In this document: in pieces, positions 8,980-19,281 of the stretch | Position numbering within the stretch: the stretch's first letter is position 1 | Layout: every line of letters begins with the position of its first letter | Sequence record: SRR22947725_1570 | Direction: 5' to 3' (one strand) | Length of the DNA stretch: 36,426 nucleotides | Notes under the pieces: generated by a model | What the model was told of the DNA's origin: nothing | Database searches by the model: none | Seen by the model: the letters and a program-made list of their open reading frames with translations, nothing else | Position numbers and translations under genes: made by a program

Positions 8980-10116
8980 TTATGCGGCTTTTTGGTGCAA
9001 CAATCGCGTAAGCTTAAAAGAAAGATCTGTAAAAATCATTTGAGCATTTCCGTTGCGTTCCAAGTGATATGCACTTTCTTCAAGCGCATGAATAATGGGG
9101 AGTATGTTTGCCCCACTGATGTAGGCTGCAAACTTTTTTAGTTTGAAGTCGGAATGCAGATGATAAACAGCAAGGCTATTTAGCTCATAGTGCTCAAGAA
9201 GTGCAAAACGGAACACCCTAATAGCAAAAGCGATAAACTCCTTTTGGGTTTCTACCCCTTTCGAGGATAACTCCTGACCCCACGCGGTTAGTTCTAGCAC
9301 AACCCCTTTATTTCCTTTTGCACGAAATGCAGTACGAACCCAAGCAACAAACCAATCTTCGTAGGCCCCATGGCTGTTTTGTTTGTCAAAAAGCGCGATG
9401 GCAGCACCAAGATTTCCTTTAGCCTCTGTTGCTACAGAATTTGCAACTTCTAGGCTCGCCCCTTTTTCTTTCAAATGCTCAGTAATAGTGTTTGAAGGAA
9501 TTTTTCCTAAAAGGGTACGCTGACACCGGGAACGAATTGTGGAAATAAGCTGGTTTTCATCAGGGCACAACAGCAGAAACAATGTTTTAGCAGGCGGCTC
9601 TTCAATGCTTTTTAGAAGCTTATTTGACGCAGCAATAGTTAATTTTTCTGCATGCCAAACAATCACACATTTCCAACCACCTTCAAAAGATTTTAATCGG
9701 ACCTTTTGCATAAGCTGTAAGGCATCATTTACTCCAATAACAGCTTGCTTGTTTTCAACACCCAAAAACGAAGACCAATCATAGAGCGTCCCATAAGGAT
9801 GTTCTTGAACAAACTGCCTCCACTCTTTTCCAAATGCAGAAGAGGTGGGTTTAGAGGGAACTTCAGTTGTGGTAGCGGTAGGAAAAATTAGGTGAATGTC
9901 GGGGTGAATCAATTGATTGGCCTTGATTCTAGAAGCGGGATTTTCACCATCCTGTTGTTTACAAACGAGTGCATTTGCGTAAGCCAACGCCATAGAAAGT
10001 AATCCGCATCCATCGGCCCCTTCAAAAAGCTGCGCATGTGGAACGCGCCCAGAAGTGACGTTTTGTGCCAATGCTTTCTTTTCGGCCTCATGACCTATAA
10101 TGTCTTCAAAACGCAT
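8980..10116 (-). CDS. holB: DNA polymerase III subunit delta'
   Basis: MRFEDIIGH, RVPHAQLFEG, HPDIHLIFP, ASNKLLKSIEEPP and TIRSRCQ. Start trimmed to ATG 10116 because the longer ORF runs across the pgk promoter. Confidence 0.9.
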   Translation of the reverse strand: MRFEDIIGHEAEKKALAQNVTSGRVPHAQLFEGADGCGLLSMALAYANALVCKQQDGENPASRIKANQLIHPDIHLIFPTATTTEVPSKPTSSAFGKEWRQFVQEHPYGTLYDWSSFLGVENKQAVIGVNDALQLMQKVRLKSFEGGWKCVIVWHAEKLTIAASNKLLKSIEEPPAKTLFLLLCPDENQLISTIRSRCQRTLLGKIPSNTITEHLKEKGASLEVANSVATEAKGNLGAAIALFDKQNSHGAYEDWFVAWVRTAFRAKGNKGVVLELTAWGQELSSKGVETQKEFIAFAIRVFRFALLEHYELNSLAVYHLHSDFKLKKFAAYISGANILPIIHALEESAYHLERNGNAQMIFTDLSFKLTRLLHQKAA

Positions 10117-10175
10117 GCCTAAATATACAAACTGTGTTAAAACTATAGCGTAACACAAAAACCCATTTCTTATTG

Positions 10176-10183
10176 TATTTTTG
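10176..10183 (+). promoter_or_regulatory. -7 promoter element for pgk (TATTTTTG)
   Basis: Exact TAnnTTTG 17 nt upstream of ATG 10201. Confidence 0.65.
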
Positions 10184-10200
10184 CGCAAATAACCAATTTG

Positions 10201-11388
10201 ATGAACACCCTAGAAACCCTCTCCTTTGCAAATGAACGCGCCCTTCTCCGTGTTGATTTTAATGTTCCACTTGACAAAAACGGGAATGTAACCGACGCCA
10301 CCCGTATAGCAGCAGCAATGCCTACGATAAAGTACATTTTAGATCAGGGAGGAAGCTGTGTATTACTTTCGCATTTAGGTCGACCAAAAGGGAAAGACCT
10401 TACACTAAGTTTAAACCAAATAATACCGGCTTTAGAAGAACATCTTGGCAAAAAGGTTCAATTTAGCCCCGAAGTGATAGGCACAACAGCGACTAAGCAA
10501 GCAGCAGCTTTACAGCCTGGAGAGGCCTTGTTGATGGAAAACGTACGCTTCCATGAAGAGGAGACTCAAGGTGATGAAGCGTTTACCGCAGCGTTAGCCA
10601 ACTTAGGAAGTGTTTATGTAAATGACGCCTTTGGAACAGCGCATAGAGCACATGCATCTACAACTATAATAGCCCAGCATTTTCCAGGAAAGAAGTGTTT
10701 TGGACGTTTATTAGCGGGTGAAATAAAAGCGATTGACAAGGTAATGTCAACAGGCGACAAGCCAGTTTTAGCTATTTTGGGAGGAGCCAAGGTTTCCTCT
10801 AAGATTACGATTATTGAAAACATTTTAAGTAAAATAGACCATCTCATTATTGGAGGGGGAATGGCTTTTACCTTTATTAAAGCCCAAGGGGGATCTATAG
10901 GAAAATCGATTTGCGAAGATGATAAGATGCCATTAGCCCTTTCTATTTTGGATCAAGCCAAAAAGCTTGGCGTTCAAATACACTTACCTATTGACGTACG
11001 CGCAGGGCAAGATTTTTCTAACGACACCCCTCAAAAAGTTTTTCCAATAGATCAAATTCCAGACGATTGGGAAGGAATGGATGCAGGTCCCGCATCTGAA
11101 GAAAGGTTTAATGCTGTTGTTAAGCAGTCTAAAACTATTTTATGGAATGGGCCGCTTGGAGTTTTTGAGTTTTCCAATTTTGCAGCAGGAACTCGCGCAT
11201 TGGGTGACAGCATTGTTGCTCAGACCAAAGCAGGAGCGTTTTCTCTTGTTGGCGGCGGGGATTCTGTGGCAGCCGTAAAGCAATTCGATTTACAAAACGA
11301 TGTTAGCTATGTGTCTACTGGCGGCGGAGCAATGCTTGAAAGTCTTGAAGGAAAAACACTTCCTGGGATTGCTGCTATGTTGGCGTAA
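10201..11388 (+). CDS. pgk: Phosphoglycerate kinase
   Basis: RVDFNVP, SHLGRP, ENVRF, VNDAFGTAHRAHAS, GGAKVSSK, WNGPLGVFE, GGGDS and STGGGA. Confidence 0.98.
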   Translation: MNTLETLSFANERALLRVDFNVPLDKNGNVTDATRIAAAMPTIKYILDQGGSCVLLSHLGRPKGKDLTLSLNQIIPALEEHLGKKVQFSPEVIGTTATKQAAALQPGEALLMENVRFHEEETQGDEAFTAALANLGSVYVNDAFGTAHRAHASTTIIAQHFPGKKCFGRLLAGEIKAIDKVMSTGDKPVLAILGGAKVSSKITIIENILSKIDHLIIGGGMAFTFIKAQGGSIGKSICEDDKMPLALSILDQAKKLGVQIHLPIDVRAGQDFSNDTPQKVFPIDQIPDDWEGMDAGPASEERFNAVVKQSKTILWNGPLGVFEFSNFAAGTRALGDSIVAQTKAGAFSLVGGGDSVAAVKQFDLQNDVSYVSTGGGAMLESLEGKTLPGIAAMLA

Positions 11389-11407
11389 TTTTTGATATCA
11401 ATTACAC

Positions 11408-12382
11408 ATGCGTTTATTTTATCTTTTTTTAGCAGCATGCGTGTTCGGTTGTACAGGCCGTCCAACCCAACCGCTGCTTAAAACGTCTAGCGGAAACATT
11501 AACACCATAAGCGTCGTTATGCCAGATTTGCTTTGGCAAACCGAAATCGGCGATGCCGTTCGAGCCGCGTTTGCTTGTCCAGCTGAGGGGCTTCCACAGC
11601 AAGAGCCGTTATTTGACTTACGGCAAATGCCACCGGAAGTATTTTCGGGATTTGCGCGTTCAAGCCGTGCCATTTTATGGGTAGGTTTTAGCGATGAAAT
11701 TGTGTTAAGAACAGACACAAACCCCTACGCAAAACCACAACAGATGGCCGTGTTTAGCGCTCCGGATACTTCATCGTTGGTAGAAATGATTTTATCACAA
11801 TCTGAAGGTGTCATAAAATCATTTAAAAAAGCAGAAGTTAAAGAACGACAGCGACGCACAACAAAATCTGTATTAAAACAAGAAACGCTAAAAGAACGTT
11901 TTGGGATAGAGCTTTCACTTCCTTCCGCCTATTCCTTACTGAAACAGGACAATAACACTGTGTGGTTTCAGCGCCAAATACAAAAAGGTCATGTAAACCT
12001 TTTGGTGTACACGCTACCGCGTACAACAAAAATCAACAAGGAGTCTCCCTTAAGCGATATTATCCGCATTCGTGATTCTGTTGGCAAAGCATTTGTTCCA
12101 GGGCGATTAGACGGGGGGTATTTAATTACGGAAGCGGCTTATGAACCGTATGTGTATTCCAGTAAAATAGGATCGTATCCAGCGATTGAAACGCGCGGAA
12201 CTTGGGAAGTTAAAGGAGATTTTATGGCAGGACCCTTTCTACAGTATTTACTAGACGATAAGGACAACAACCGAATATTGGTAATGGAGGGATTTGTTTT
12301 TGCACCGACAGGAGCAAAACGAGATTATATTTTTGAAACAGAGGCAATTATACGCTCACTAAAACAAGCAAAAGAAAATTAA
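11408..12382 (+). CDS. DUF4837-like lipoprotein
   Basis: Lipobox-like VFG-C at residue 15; [23 protein letters not shown] and EGFVFAP resemble this Bacteroidota family. Confidence 0.7.
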   Translation: MRLFYLFLAACVFGCTGRPTQPLLKTSSGNINTISVVMPDLLWQTEIGDAVRAAFACPAEGLPQQEPLFDLRQMPPEVFSGFARSSRAILWVGFSDEIVLRTDTNPYAKPQQMAVFSAPDTSSLVEMILSQSEGVIKSFKKAEVKERQRRTTKSVLKQETLKERFGIELSLPSAYSLLKQDNNTVWFQRQIQKGHVNLLVYTLPRTTKINKESPLSDIIRIRDSVGKAFVPGRLDGGYLITEAAYEPYVYSSKIGSYPAIETRGTWEVKGDFMAGPFLQYLLDDKDNNRILVMEGFVFAPTGAKRDYIFETEAIIRSLKQAKEN

Positions 12383-12549
12383 GACTTCGTCGTGTCCTCT
12401 TCTTTTTCTTCTTCTTTAGTTGCGTTTTTGAACTCTTTAATTCCTGTTCCAAGGCCCTTCATAAGCTCAGGAATTTTACGGCCACCAAAAAGCAGCAATA
12501 TAACAAGTGCTATAACGAGAATTTGGACAGGACTAATAGCAAGCAACAT
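12379..12549 (-). CDS. tatA: Twin-arginine translocase subunit TatA/E
   Basis: [25 protein letters not shown]; start at ATG 12549 (MLLAISP). Confidence 0.93.
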   Translation of the reverse strand: MLLAISPVQILVIALVILLLFGGRKIPELMKGLGTGIKEFKNATKEEEKEEDTTKS

Positions 12550-12564
12550 AGTTTGAGTTTTAAA

Positions 12565-12572
12565 CAAAGGTA
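12565..12572 (-). promoter_or_regulatory. -7 promoter element for tatA (TACCTTTG)
   Basis: caaaggta on + is TACCTTTG on -, 15 nt upstream of the tatA ATG. Confidence 0.65.
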
Positions 12573-12624
12573 ACAAAGAAAATCGATTTGTTACATGGTT
12601 CGACTGAAGTACAACACAACTGAC

Positions 12625-12632
12625 TATCTTTG
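12625..12632 (+). promoter_or_regulatory. -7 promoter element for the M23-GH3 genes (TATCTTTG)
   Basis: Exact TAnnTTTG 6 nt upstream of ATG 12639. Confidence 0.65.
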
Positions 12633-12638
12633 TATCAA

Positions 12639-13511
12639 ATGAGTACTAAAAAGAGAAAAAAAGCAACATTCTGGAAGCGGTGGCTTGCAACCTACCGTTT
12701 TGTGATTTTAAGAGAGGAAACCTTTGAGGAGCGCTTTTCTCTTAAGCTCAATCGACTTAACGTGTTTCTTGTAGTAAGCCTCTCTGTGCTGATTCTTATT
12801 TCTGCAACTTTTCTGGTTATTTCTCGAACCCCTTTAAAAGAATATATTCCGGGTTACGATTCTTCCGAGTTGCGTCGCCAAGCGATACGAAACAATTATC
12901 GTCTAGATTCATTACAGCAAACATTGCTTCGTAATCAGCAGTATATTACATCAGTAAATAAAGTCCTTAGCGGAGATCTAAACTTTAAAGAATTAGAGAC
13001 CCAGCGCTATGTAGATTCACTTCAAATAGACACGACTCTTGTAGACTTTCCTACCTCAGAAGCAGATTCATTGCTTCGCGCAGATGTGGCTCAAGACGAC
13101 AAGTATAACGTTTTAGAATCGGCAATTCAAACGGTTCCTTTTGTGTTATTTCCACCAGTTACAGGAACAATTAGTCAAGAATATGACCCAAGCGTGGAAC
13201 ATTATGCTGTTGATATTGTTGTACCACGGAGTAGCCCAGTAAAAGCCGCAGCGGAGGGAAATGTTGTTTTTTCGGGTTGGACCACCGAAACAGGATATGT
13301 TATTATTATTGTTCATCCCTTTAATATTATTTCGGTCTATAAGCACAATGCGTCGTTAAACGTTAGACAGGGTGAAGCGGTTGTTCCAGGGCAGGTAATT
13401 GCCATTGCGGGAAATTCTGGAACCATGACCACTGGCCCGCATTTGCACTTTGAGCTTTGGAGTGATGGCTACGCCCTCAATCCGGTTGAATTTATAGAAT
13501 TTGAAAGATGA
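12639..13511 (+). CDS. Membrane-anchored M23 family metallopeptidase
   Basis: N-terminal TM helix; HYAVD (HxxxD), YKHN and TTGPHLHFE (HxH) zinc motifs. Confidence 0.92.
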   Translation: MSTKKRKKATFWKRWLATYRFVILREETFEERFSLKLNRLNVFLVVSLSVLILISATFLVISRTPLKEYIPGYDSSELRRQAIRNNYRLDSLQQTLLRNQQYITSVNKVLSGDLNFKELETQRYVDSLQIDTTLVDFPTSEADSLLRADVAQDDKYNVLESAIQTVPFVLFPPVTGTISQEYDPSVEHYAVDIVVPRSSPVKAAAEGNVVFSGWTTETGYVIIIVHPFNIISVYKHNASLNVRQGEAVVPGQVIAIAGNSGTMTTGPHLHFELWSDGYALNPVEFIEFER

Positions 13512-15007
13512 GCCTAAAACAATTTATCGCTAAAAAATGGGCAAAGCGCGCAGTTAAAGAAACTCAAATATGGGCGAATAACCCCATTGAAATGCAACAA
13601 AAAGTTTTAGAGGAATTGGTGCATCGAGCAAAAAACACGGAATTTGGAAAGGATCATGACTTTGATCATATTAACAGCTATGAGGACTTTTCAGCACGCG
13701 TTCCAATCAGTGATTATGAGGGCCTGCGCCCTTACATAGACAAAGTTGTTGCCGGAGAATCTGACATTTTGTGGCCAGACAAACCGTTGTACTTTTCAAA
13801 GACCTCAGGAACTACTTCAGGGGTAAAGTATATCCCTATCTCAAAGGAATCGATGCCAACTCATATCAAAGTAGCTCAAAACGCCCTCTTTCATTACATG
13901 CATCACTCAGGCAACACGACTTTTGTTGATGGTAAAATGATTTTTTTACAAGGCAGCCCTGTGCTATCTAAAACAAACAGCATTGACACAGGAAGGTTGT
14001 CAGGAATAGTAGCACATTACATACCGTCATACCTTCAACGCAATAGAATGCCCTCATGGCAGACGAACTGTATTGAAGATTGGGAACAGAAAGTAGACGC
14101 AATTGTTTCCGAAACAGCTGAGGAGGACATGCGGCTTATAAGCGGGATTCCTCCATGGGTAAAAATGTATTTTGAACGGTTAAAGGCAAAAACTGGAAAG
14201 TCTATTGCTGAGCTATTTCCTAATTTTTCATTATTTGTTTACGGAGGCGTAAATTATGCCCCATATAGAGGGGTTTTGGAAGAACTTGTTGGAAAAAAAA
14301 TTGACAGTGTTGAATTATACCCTGCCTCAGAAGGTTTTATTGCGTTTCAAGATCAGCTTGAAGGACCCGGAATGTTGTTGCAGCTTGATGCGGGAATTTT
14401 TTATGAGTTTATTGAAGTGGATAGGGTTTTTGAGGATAACCCGCCACGGATTTCATTAGCATCGGTAAAAAAAGGGGTCAATTATGCCCTAATCATGAGC
14501 ACCTCTGCGGGCTTATGGGGGTATAACATTGGCGATACGGTTGAGTTTGTAAGCCTAGCCCCCTATCGCATTATTGTCTCAGGCCGAATTAAACACTTTA
14601 TTTCAGCTTTTGGCGAACATGTCATTGGTAAAGAGGTGGAGCGCGCCATGGAGAAGACCTTAACGCAGCTTCAGGCAACTGTTTCCGAATTTACCGTTGC
14701 TCCCCAAGTGACACCAAAGGAAGGATTGCCCCATCATGAATGGTGGGTTGCTTTTGAACACCAACCAGCCAGCATTGCTGATTTTTCCGCAACACTTGAT
14801 GCCGAAATGCGCAAGCAAAACACCTATTATGACGACTTGGTTGCAGGAGGCGTGCTTCGCCCGTTGGTTGTTAGGGCACTCCCTGCAGACGGCTTTGAAA
14901 CATACATGAAAAGTGTTGGAAAACTTGGAGGGCAAAATAAAACCCCGCGACTAACGAATGACAGAAAGATTGCGGATACATTAATTAAATTGTTTCCTAG
15001 AAAATAA
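13508..15007 (+). CDS. GH3 auxin-responsive-promoter family protein (adenylate-forming, acyl-acid amido synthetase-like)
   Basis: KTSGTTSGVKYIP P-loop, YPASEG, YNIGDTV and GGQNKTPRL. ATGA overlap with the M23 gene. Confidence 0.88.
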   Translation: MSLKQFIAKKWAKRAVKETQIWANNPIEMQQKVLEELVHRAKNTEFGKDHDFDHINSYEDFSARVPISDYEGLRPYIDKVVAGESDILWPDKPLYFSKTSGTTSGVKYIPISKESMPTHIKVAQNALFHYMHHSGNTTFVDGKMIFLQGSPVLSKTNSIDTGRLSGIVAHYIPSYLQRNRMPSWQTNCIEDWEQKVDAIVSETAEEDMRLISGIPPWVKMYFERLKAKTGKSIAELFPNFSLFVYGGVNYAPYRGVLEELVGKKIDSVELYPASEGFIAFQDQLEGPGMLLQLDAGIFYEFIEVDRVFEDNPPRISLASVKKGVNYALIMSTSAGLWGYNIGDTVEFVSLAPYRIIVSGRIKHFISAFGEHVIGKEVERAMEKTLTQLQATVSEFTVAPQVTPKEGLPHHEWWVAFEHQPASIADFSATLDAEMRKQNTYYDDLVAGGVLRPLVVRALPADGFETYMKSVGKLGGQNKTPRLTNDRKIADTLIKLFPRK

Positions 15008-15065
15008 ATACCTTGCACCTCCGTTTTAATTGTACCAAAACAAATTGCAATAATTCCGAAGAACC

Positions 15066-16121
15066 ATGAGCACAGCGACACCTAATCAACCTGACAATAA
15101 AGAAGAAATAGACCTCGGGGTACTATTTAATGCTATTGGAAATGGTATTTCTAAGCTTTTCAATGCTATTTCAAGCACGATACTGTTTATTTTAAACAGC
15201 ATCCTCACATTTATTATTTTTGTACGCAAGAAAATAGCTTATTATGCTATTGCATGCGGAGTAGGCCTAGCAATTGGAATAGCTTTCGAAGTATTCATAC
15301 CTAAAGAATACTCAGGAACCTCGACAGTACAGCCCTATTTCGATAGCGCGCGCCAACTATACAACAATATAAATTACCTTGATGGATTGGCCGCTCAAAA
15401 AGACTCAATTCAGTTGTCCCGCTTTTTTGGCATTTCACTAAAGGAGGCAGCATCGATAAATAGCGTTGAAATTACACCCTTTATTTCCCAAATTAAGAGT
15501 AGACAGGCGTATAACAAATACGTAACAGCCTTAGACTCTATTGTTGCCGCTGAAATAACGTACGATGATTATGAAAAGCAGCGGGGTAAATTTGACAGTA
15601 AAATACACCTAATAAGGGTCAAAGCAACGGATAAAGAAATCTACCCATCTCTTTTAGATCCAATTTTAGCATCTGTTTCGGATCAAGACTATTTTAAACA
15701 ACAACAAACAACAGCATTTCAAAACCTGGAACTTAACGATTCTATCACACAAGTATCGATGGTTCAGACCGACAACTTACTCAAATTATTTGAGAAGGTT
15801 AGAATTGTTGAAGCGAATAAAGAATTTTCAAACGGCACAAACCTTTATATGTCTGACAAGGCTGAGGACAACGCAGAAATCGCATTGCTTGAGCGGAAGA
15901 TTGAACTCTCCGAACGCCTTGAAAATATCAGAAATGCAAAGCTAGAAACGATGCAAGTCGTTGATATAATTTCTCAGTTTCCTGAAGTTGGTTTTGAAGA
16001 GAAAAGCCTTTTGAAAAACAAAAAAATTCAAGGGATTGCAATAGGCTTTGTTCTATTGAGTTTGTTTTACTTGATCCTGTACATTGATCCTTTGATTGCC
16101 ACAAGAGATTCCAAAAAATGA
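15066..16121 (+). CDS. Wzz-like polysaccharide co-polymerase (chain-length regulator)
   Basis: EEIDLGVLF N-terminus, two TM helices flanking a large helical periplasmic region, first gene of the polysaccharide locus. Confidence 0.65.
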   Translation: MSTATPNQPDNKEEIDLGVLFNAIGNGISKLFNAISSTILFILNSILTFIIFVRKKIAYYAIACGVGLAIGIAFEVFIPKEYSGTSTVQPYFDSARQLYNNINYLDGLAAQKDSIQLSRFFGISLKEAASINSVEITPFISQIKSRQAYNKYVTALDSIVAAEITYDDYEKQRGKFDSKIHLIRVKATDKEIYPSLLDPILASVSDQDYFKQQQTTAFQNLELNDSITQVSMVQTDNLLKLFEKVRIVEANKEFSNGTNLYMSDKAEDNAEIALLERKIELSERLENIRNAKLETMQVVDIISQFPEVGFEEKSLLKNKKIQGIAIGFVLLSLFYLILYIDPLIATRDSKK

Positions 16122-17131
16122 ATATTTTAGTTACAGGCGGTGCCGGCTTTATTGGTTCGCATGTAGTCAAACAGTTTGTAAAGGATACAAGCTACAATGT
16201 TTATAATTTAGACGCGCTTACCTACGCAGGAAACTTAGACAACCTTCAAGGATTAGAGCAGCAAGAAAACTATACGTTTTTACAGGGCGATATAACAGAC
16301 TATCCGTTTGTTAAGGCGCTGTTTTTAGAGCATGTTTTTGACTATGTTATTCACTTAGCAGCAGAATCTCATGTAGATCGCTCGATTGAGGATCCTTTTA
16401 TTTTTGCCAAAACAAATATCATAGGCACCTTAAACCTTTTGCAGTGCTTTAAGGAGTGCCCTGGACAACTTTTCTACCATATCAGCACAGACGAGGTTTA
16501 TGGTTCCTTAGGGCAAATAGGGCTATTTACAGAGACTTCTCCCTACAAACCGAACTCGCCTTACTCAGCCTCAAAAGCAAGCTCCGATCATTTTGTAAGA
16601 GCGTATGGAGAGACCTATAAGCTTCCAATTGTTATTTCTAACTGCTCCAATAATTATGGACCAAATCAATTTCCCGAAAAGCTGATTCCCGTTTGTATTC
16701 AAGCGATTGTCAATAATGAGAAAATCCCAATTTATGGCGACGGAAACTACACCAGAGATTGGTTGTATGTTGAAGATCACGCCGAGGCAATTCAAACAGT
16801 TTTGGAGCAAGGCAAGGCAGGAGAAACATACAATATTGGCGGATTGAATGAATGGAAAAACATTGATTTGGTTAAGCTTTTGATTCGTGAAACCGACAAA
16901 GCACTTGGCCGATCTGAAGGGAGTTCACTTTCGTTGATTGAATTTGTAAAAGACCGCCCGGGGCATGACAAGCGATACGCCATAGACAATTCAAAAATAA
17001 AACGTGAACTAGACTGGTCACCAAAACACAGCTTTGAAGCAGGGATTGTAAAAACAATAAACTGGTATCTTAGCAATCAAGCGTGGATAACCGCCATTGA
17101 AGACGGTTCATACAGAAAGATAAAAACATAA
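16118..17131 (+). CDS. rfbB: dTDP-glucose 4,6-dehydratase
   Basis: [45 protein letters not shown] and [12 protein letters not shown]. Confidence 0.97.
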   Translation: MNILVTGGAGFIGSHVVKQFVKDTSYNVYNLDALTYAGNLDNLQGLEQQENYTFLQGDITDYPFVKALFLEHVFDYVIHLAAESHVDRSIEDPFIFAKTNIIGTLNLLQCFKECPGQLFYHISTDEVYGSLGQIGLFTETSPYKPNSPYSASKASSDHFVRAYGETYKLPIVISNCSNNYGPNQFPEKLIPVCIQAIVNNEKIPIYGDGNYTRDWLYVEDHAEAIQTVLEQGKAGETYNIGGLNEWKNIDLVKLLIRETDKALGRSEGSSLSLIEFVKDRPGHDKRYAIDNSKIKRELDWSPKHSFEAGIVKTINWYLSNQAWITAIEDGSYRKIKT

Positions 17132-17988
17132 TGAAAGGAATTATACTTGCTGGAGGATCAGGCACACGGCTTCACCCGATAACTTTATCGGTAAGTAAAC
17201 AGCTTATGCCGGTTTACGACAAACCCATGATATACTATCCGCTATCTACTTTAATGAGCGCAGGTATTCGAGAAGTTTTAATTATATCTACCCCTCAAGA
17301 TTTGCCGCTTTTTGAGCGCCTTTTGGGAGATGGAAGCCAACTAGGCTGTTCATTTTCATATGCAGTTCAACAAGAACCCAAAGGCCTTGCACAAGCATTT
17401 TTAATCGGCGAATCTTTTATTGGAAACGATTCGGTTACGCTAATTTTAGGCGACAATATTTTTTATGGCTCAGGACTTGAAAAGAATCTACAAGAAAGTA
17501 TTAACCCCAATGGAGGAACGATTTTTGCCTACAGCGTACAAGACCCTGAACGCTATGGGGTTGTTACATTTGACTCGGATGGGAAAGCGATTTCGTTGGA
17601 AGAAAAACCAAAGCAATCAAAATCTAATTTTGCCATTCCTGGTATTTATTTTTACGACAATGAGGTTGTTTCGATTGCCAAAAGCATTAGCCCCAGCAAA
17701 AGAGGGGAACTGGAAATAACAGATATTAATAGAGCCTATTTGCAGCGGAATAAACTCCAAGTTAAGGTATTGGATCGCGGAACTGCTTGGCTAGATACGG
17801 GAACCTTTTCCTCATTAATGCAAGCCGCGCAATATGTACAAGTGATGCAAGAAAGACAAGGGCTCCGCATTGGAGCCATAGAAGAGATTGCCCTTCAAAT
17901 GGGATATATTTCTACTAAACAGTTTGAAATAGTCACTAAGCCTTTTCAAAAGAGCGGTTATGCAAATCTAAAACTAGATGGAATTTAA
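17131..17988 (+). CDS. rfbA: Glucose-1-phosphate thymidylyltransferase
   Basis: [45 protein letters not shown] and WLDTGT. Confidence 0.97.
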   Translation: MKGIILAGGSGTRLHPITLSVSKQLMPVYDKPMIYYPLSTLMSAGIREVLIISTPQDLPLFERLLGDGSQLGCSFSYAVQQEPKGLAQAFLIGESFIGNDSVTLILGDNIFYGSGLEKNLQESINPNGGTIFAYSVQDPERYGVVTFDSDGKAISLEEKPKQSKSNFAIPGIYFYDNEVVSIAKSISPSKRGELEITDINRAYLQRNKLQVKVLDRGTAWLDTGTFSSLMQAAQYVQVMQERQGLRIGAIEEIALQMGYISTKQFEIVTKPFQKSGYANLKLDGI

Positions 17989-18523
17989 AAAAACGAAATT
18001 AGCGGGGTGTCTTATTTTCACGCCATCTATTTTCTCAGACGAGCGCGGATATTTTGCGGAAACTTTTCGAAAGAGTTGGCTGACAGAATATGACTATTTT
18101 GATTCAGAATTTATTCAAGATAACCAATCACATTCTATTTTTGGTACGATTCGCGGGCTTCATCTTCAAACTGGTGAACACGCTCAAACAAAGTTAGTTC
18201 GCGTTCTTTCTGGAAGAATACTAGATGTTGCTGTAGATTTGCGTAAAGATTCTCCAACTTTTGGCGAGCACTTTTCGGTGGAGCTTTCTGCTGAAAACAA
18301 CCAGCAGCTTTGGATTCCTAAAGGATTTGCACACGGATTTTCTGTACTTTCTGACGAGGCGGTTGTATGCTATAAGTGCGATGCCTATTACAACAAAGAA
18401 TCCGAATCTGGGATTCATCCTTTGGACTCCACCTTAAATATTGATTGGCAGATTTCAAAAGCGCAACAAACGATATCGGATAAAGATTTATCGCTGCCAC
18501 TACTTAATGCGCCTCTATTATGA
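17978..18523 (+). CDS. rfbC: dTDP-4-dehydrorhamnose 3,5-epimerase
   Basis: [32 protein letters not shown] and YKCDAYY. Confidence 0.96.
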   Translation: MEFKKTKLAGCLIFTPSIFSDERGYFAETFRKSWLTEYDYFDSEFIQDNQSHSIFGTIRGLHLQTGEHAQTKLVRVLSGRILDVAVDLRKDSPTFGEHFSVELSAENNQQLWIPKGFAHGFSVLSDEAVVCYKCDAYYNKESESGIHPLDSTLNIDWQISKAQQTISDKDLSLPLLNAPLL

Positions 18524-19278
18524 AAACAGTGTTGGTTACTGGAGCAAATGGGCAATTAGGACAAGCAATTCAAGCAGTTGCACAAAGGTATTCAGAACTC
18601 TCATTTCTTTTTGAAGGTAGAGAAACATTGGATGTTACAAATGAGGAAGAAGTGAGCGTTTTTTTTGCAAATCACAAGATAGATTTTTGTATTAATACCG
18701 CAGCCTATACAAATGTGGACAAGGCAGAGACAGAAAAAGAAGCGGTATACGCCTTAAACGAAAAAGCCCCAAAATTGCTAGCGGAAGCCTGTAAAGAACA
18801 CAACGTATTTTTAATCCATATCTCTACTGACTATGTTTTTGATGGCACCAAAGGCGCCCCTTACACCACGGCAGACAAGCCCAACCCGATTAACGTATAT
18901 GGTGCATCAAAATTGGCGGGAGAACAAGCCCTAGCTGCTGTTGGTGGCGACTACTGTATTGTACGTACGTCGTGGTTATACTCGGAATACGGGAGCAATT
19001 TTCAGACTAAAATTTTAGAAAAAGCAAAAACAGCTCCACACCTACAGGTAGTTAGCGACTTGTTAGGTACGCCGACCTACGCCCCGAATTTAGTTGTATT
19101 TTTGTTAAATAAAATCAACGATTCAGCGTTTACAAGTAATGTGGAACACTTCAGCGATGGAAAAACCATGAGTTGGTATGCGTTGGCGAAACGGCTTACC
19201 CAAATTGAAATTAAAGAAATAGCTTCAGAAACGTTAAACCTTAAAGCGAAAAGACCGAAGAATACGGCAATTATATAA
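18520..19278 (+). CDS. rfbD: dTDP-4-dehydrorhamnose reductase with a short C-terminus
   Basis: TGANGQLG, AAYTNVDKAE, HISTDYVFDG, YGASKLAGE and RTSWLY; only 252 aa. Confidence 0.92.
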   Translation: MKTVLVTGANGQLGQAIQAVAQRYSELSFLFEGRETLDVTNEEEVSVFFANHKIDFCINTAAYTNVDKAETEKEAVYALNEKAPKLLAEACKEHNVFLIHISTDYVFDGTKGAPYTTADKPNPINVYGASKLAGEQALAAVGGDYCIVRTSWLYSEYGSNFQTKILEKAKTAPHLQVVSDLLGTPTYAPNLVVFLLNKINDSAFTSNVEHFSDGKTMSWYALAKRLTQIEIKEIASETLNLKAKRPKNTAII

Positions 19279-19281
19279 TCT

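Noticed and set aside
13193-19148. parS half-sites (GTGGAACA near 13194 and 19141, also near 1174)
   Set aside because: Only one arm matches, and each is explained by Val-Glu-His/Gln codons.
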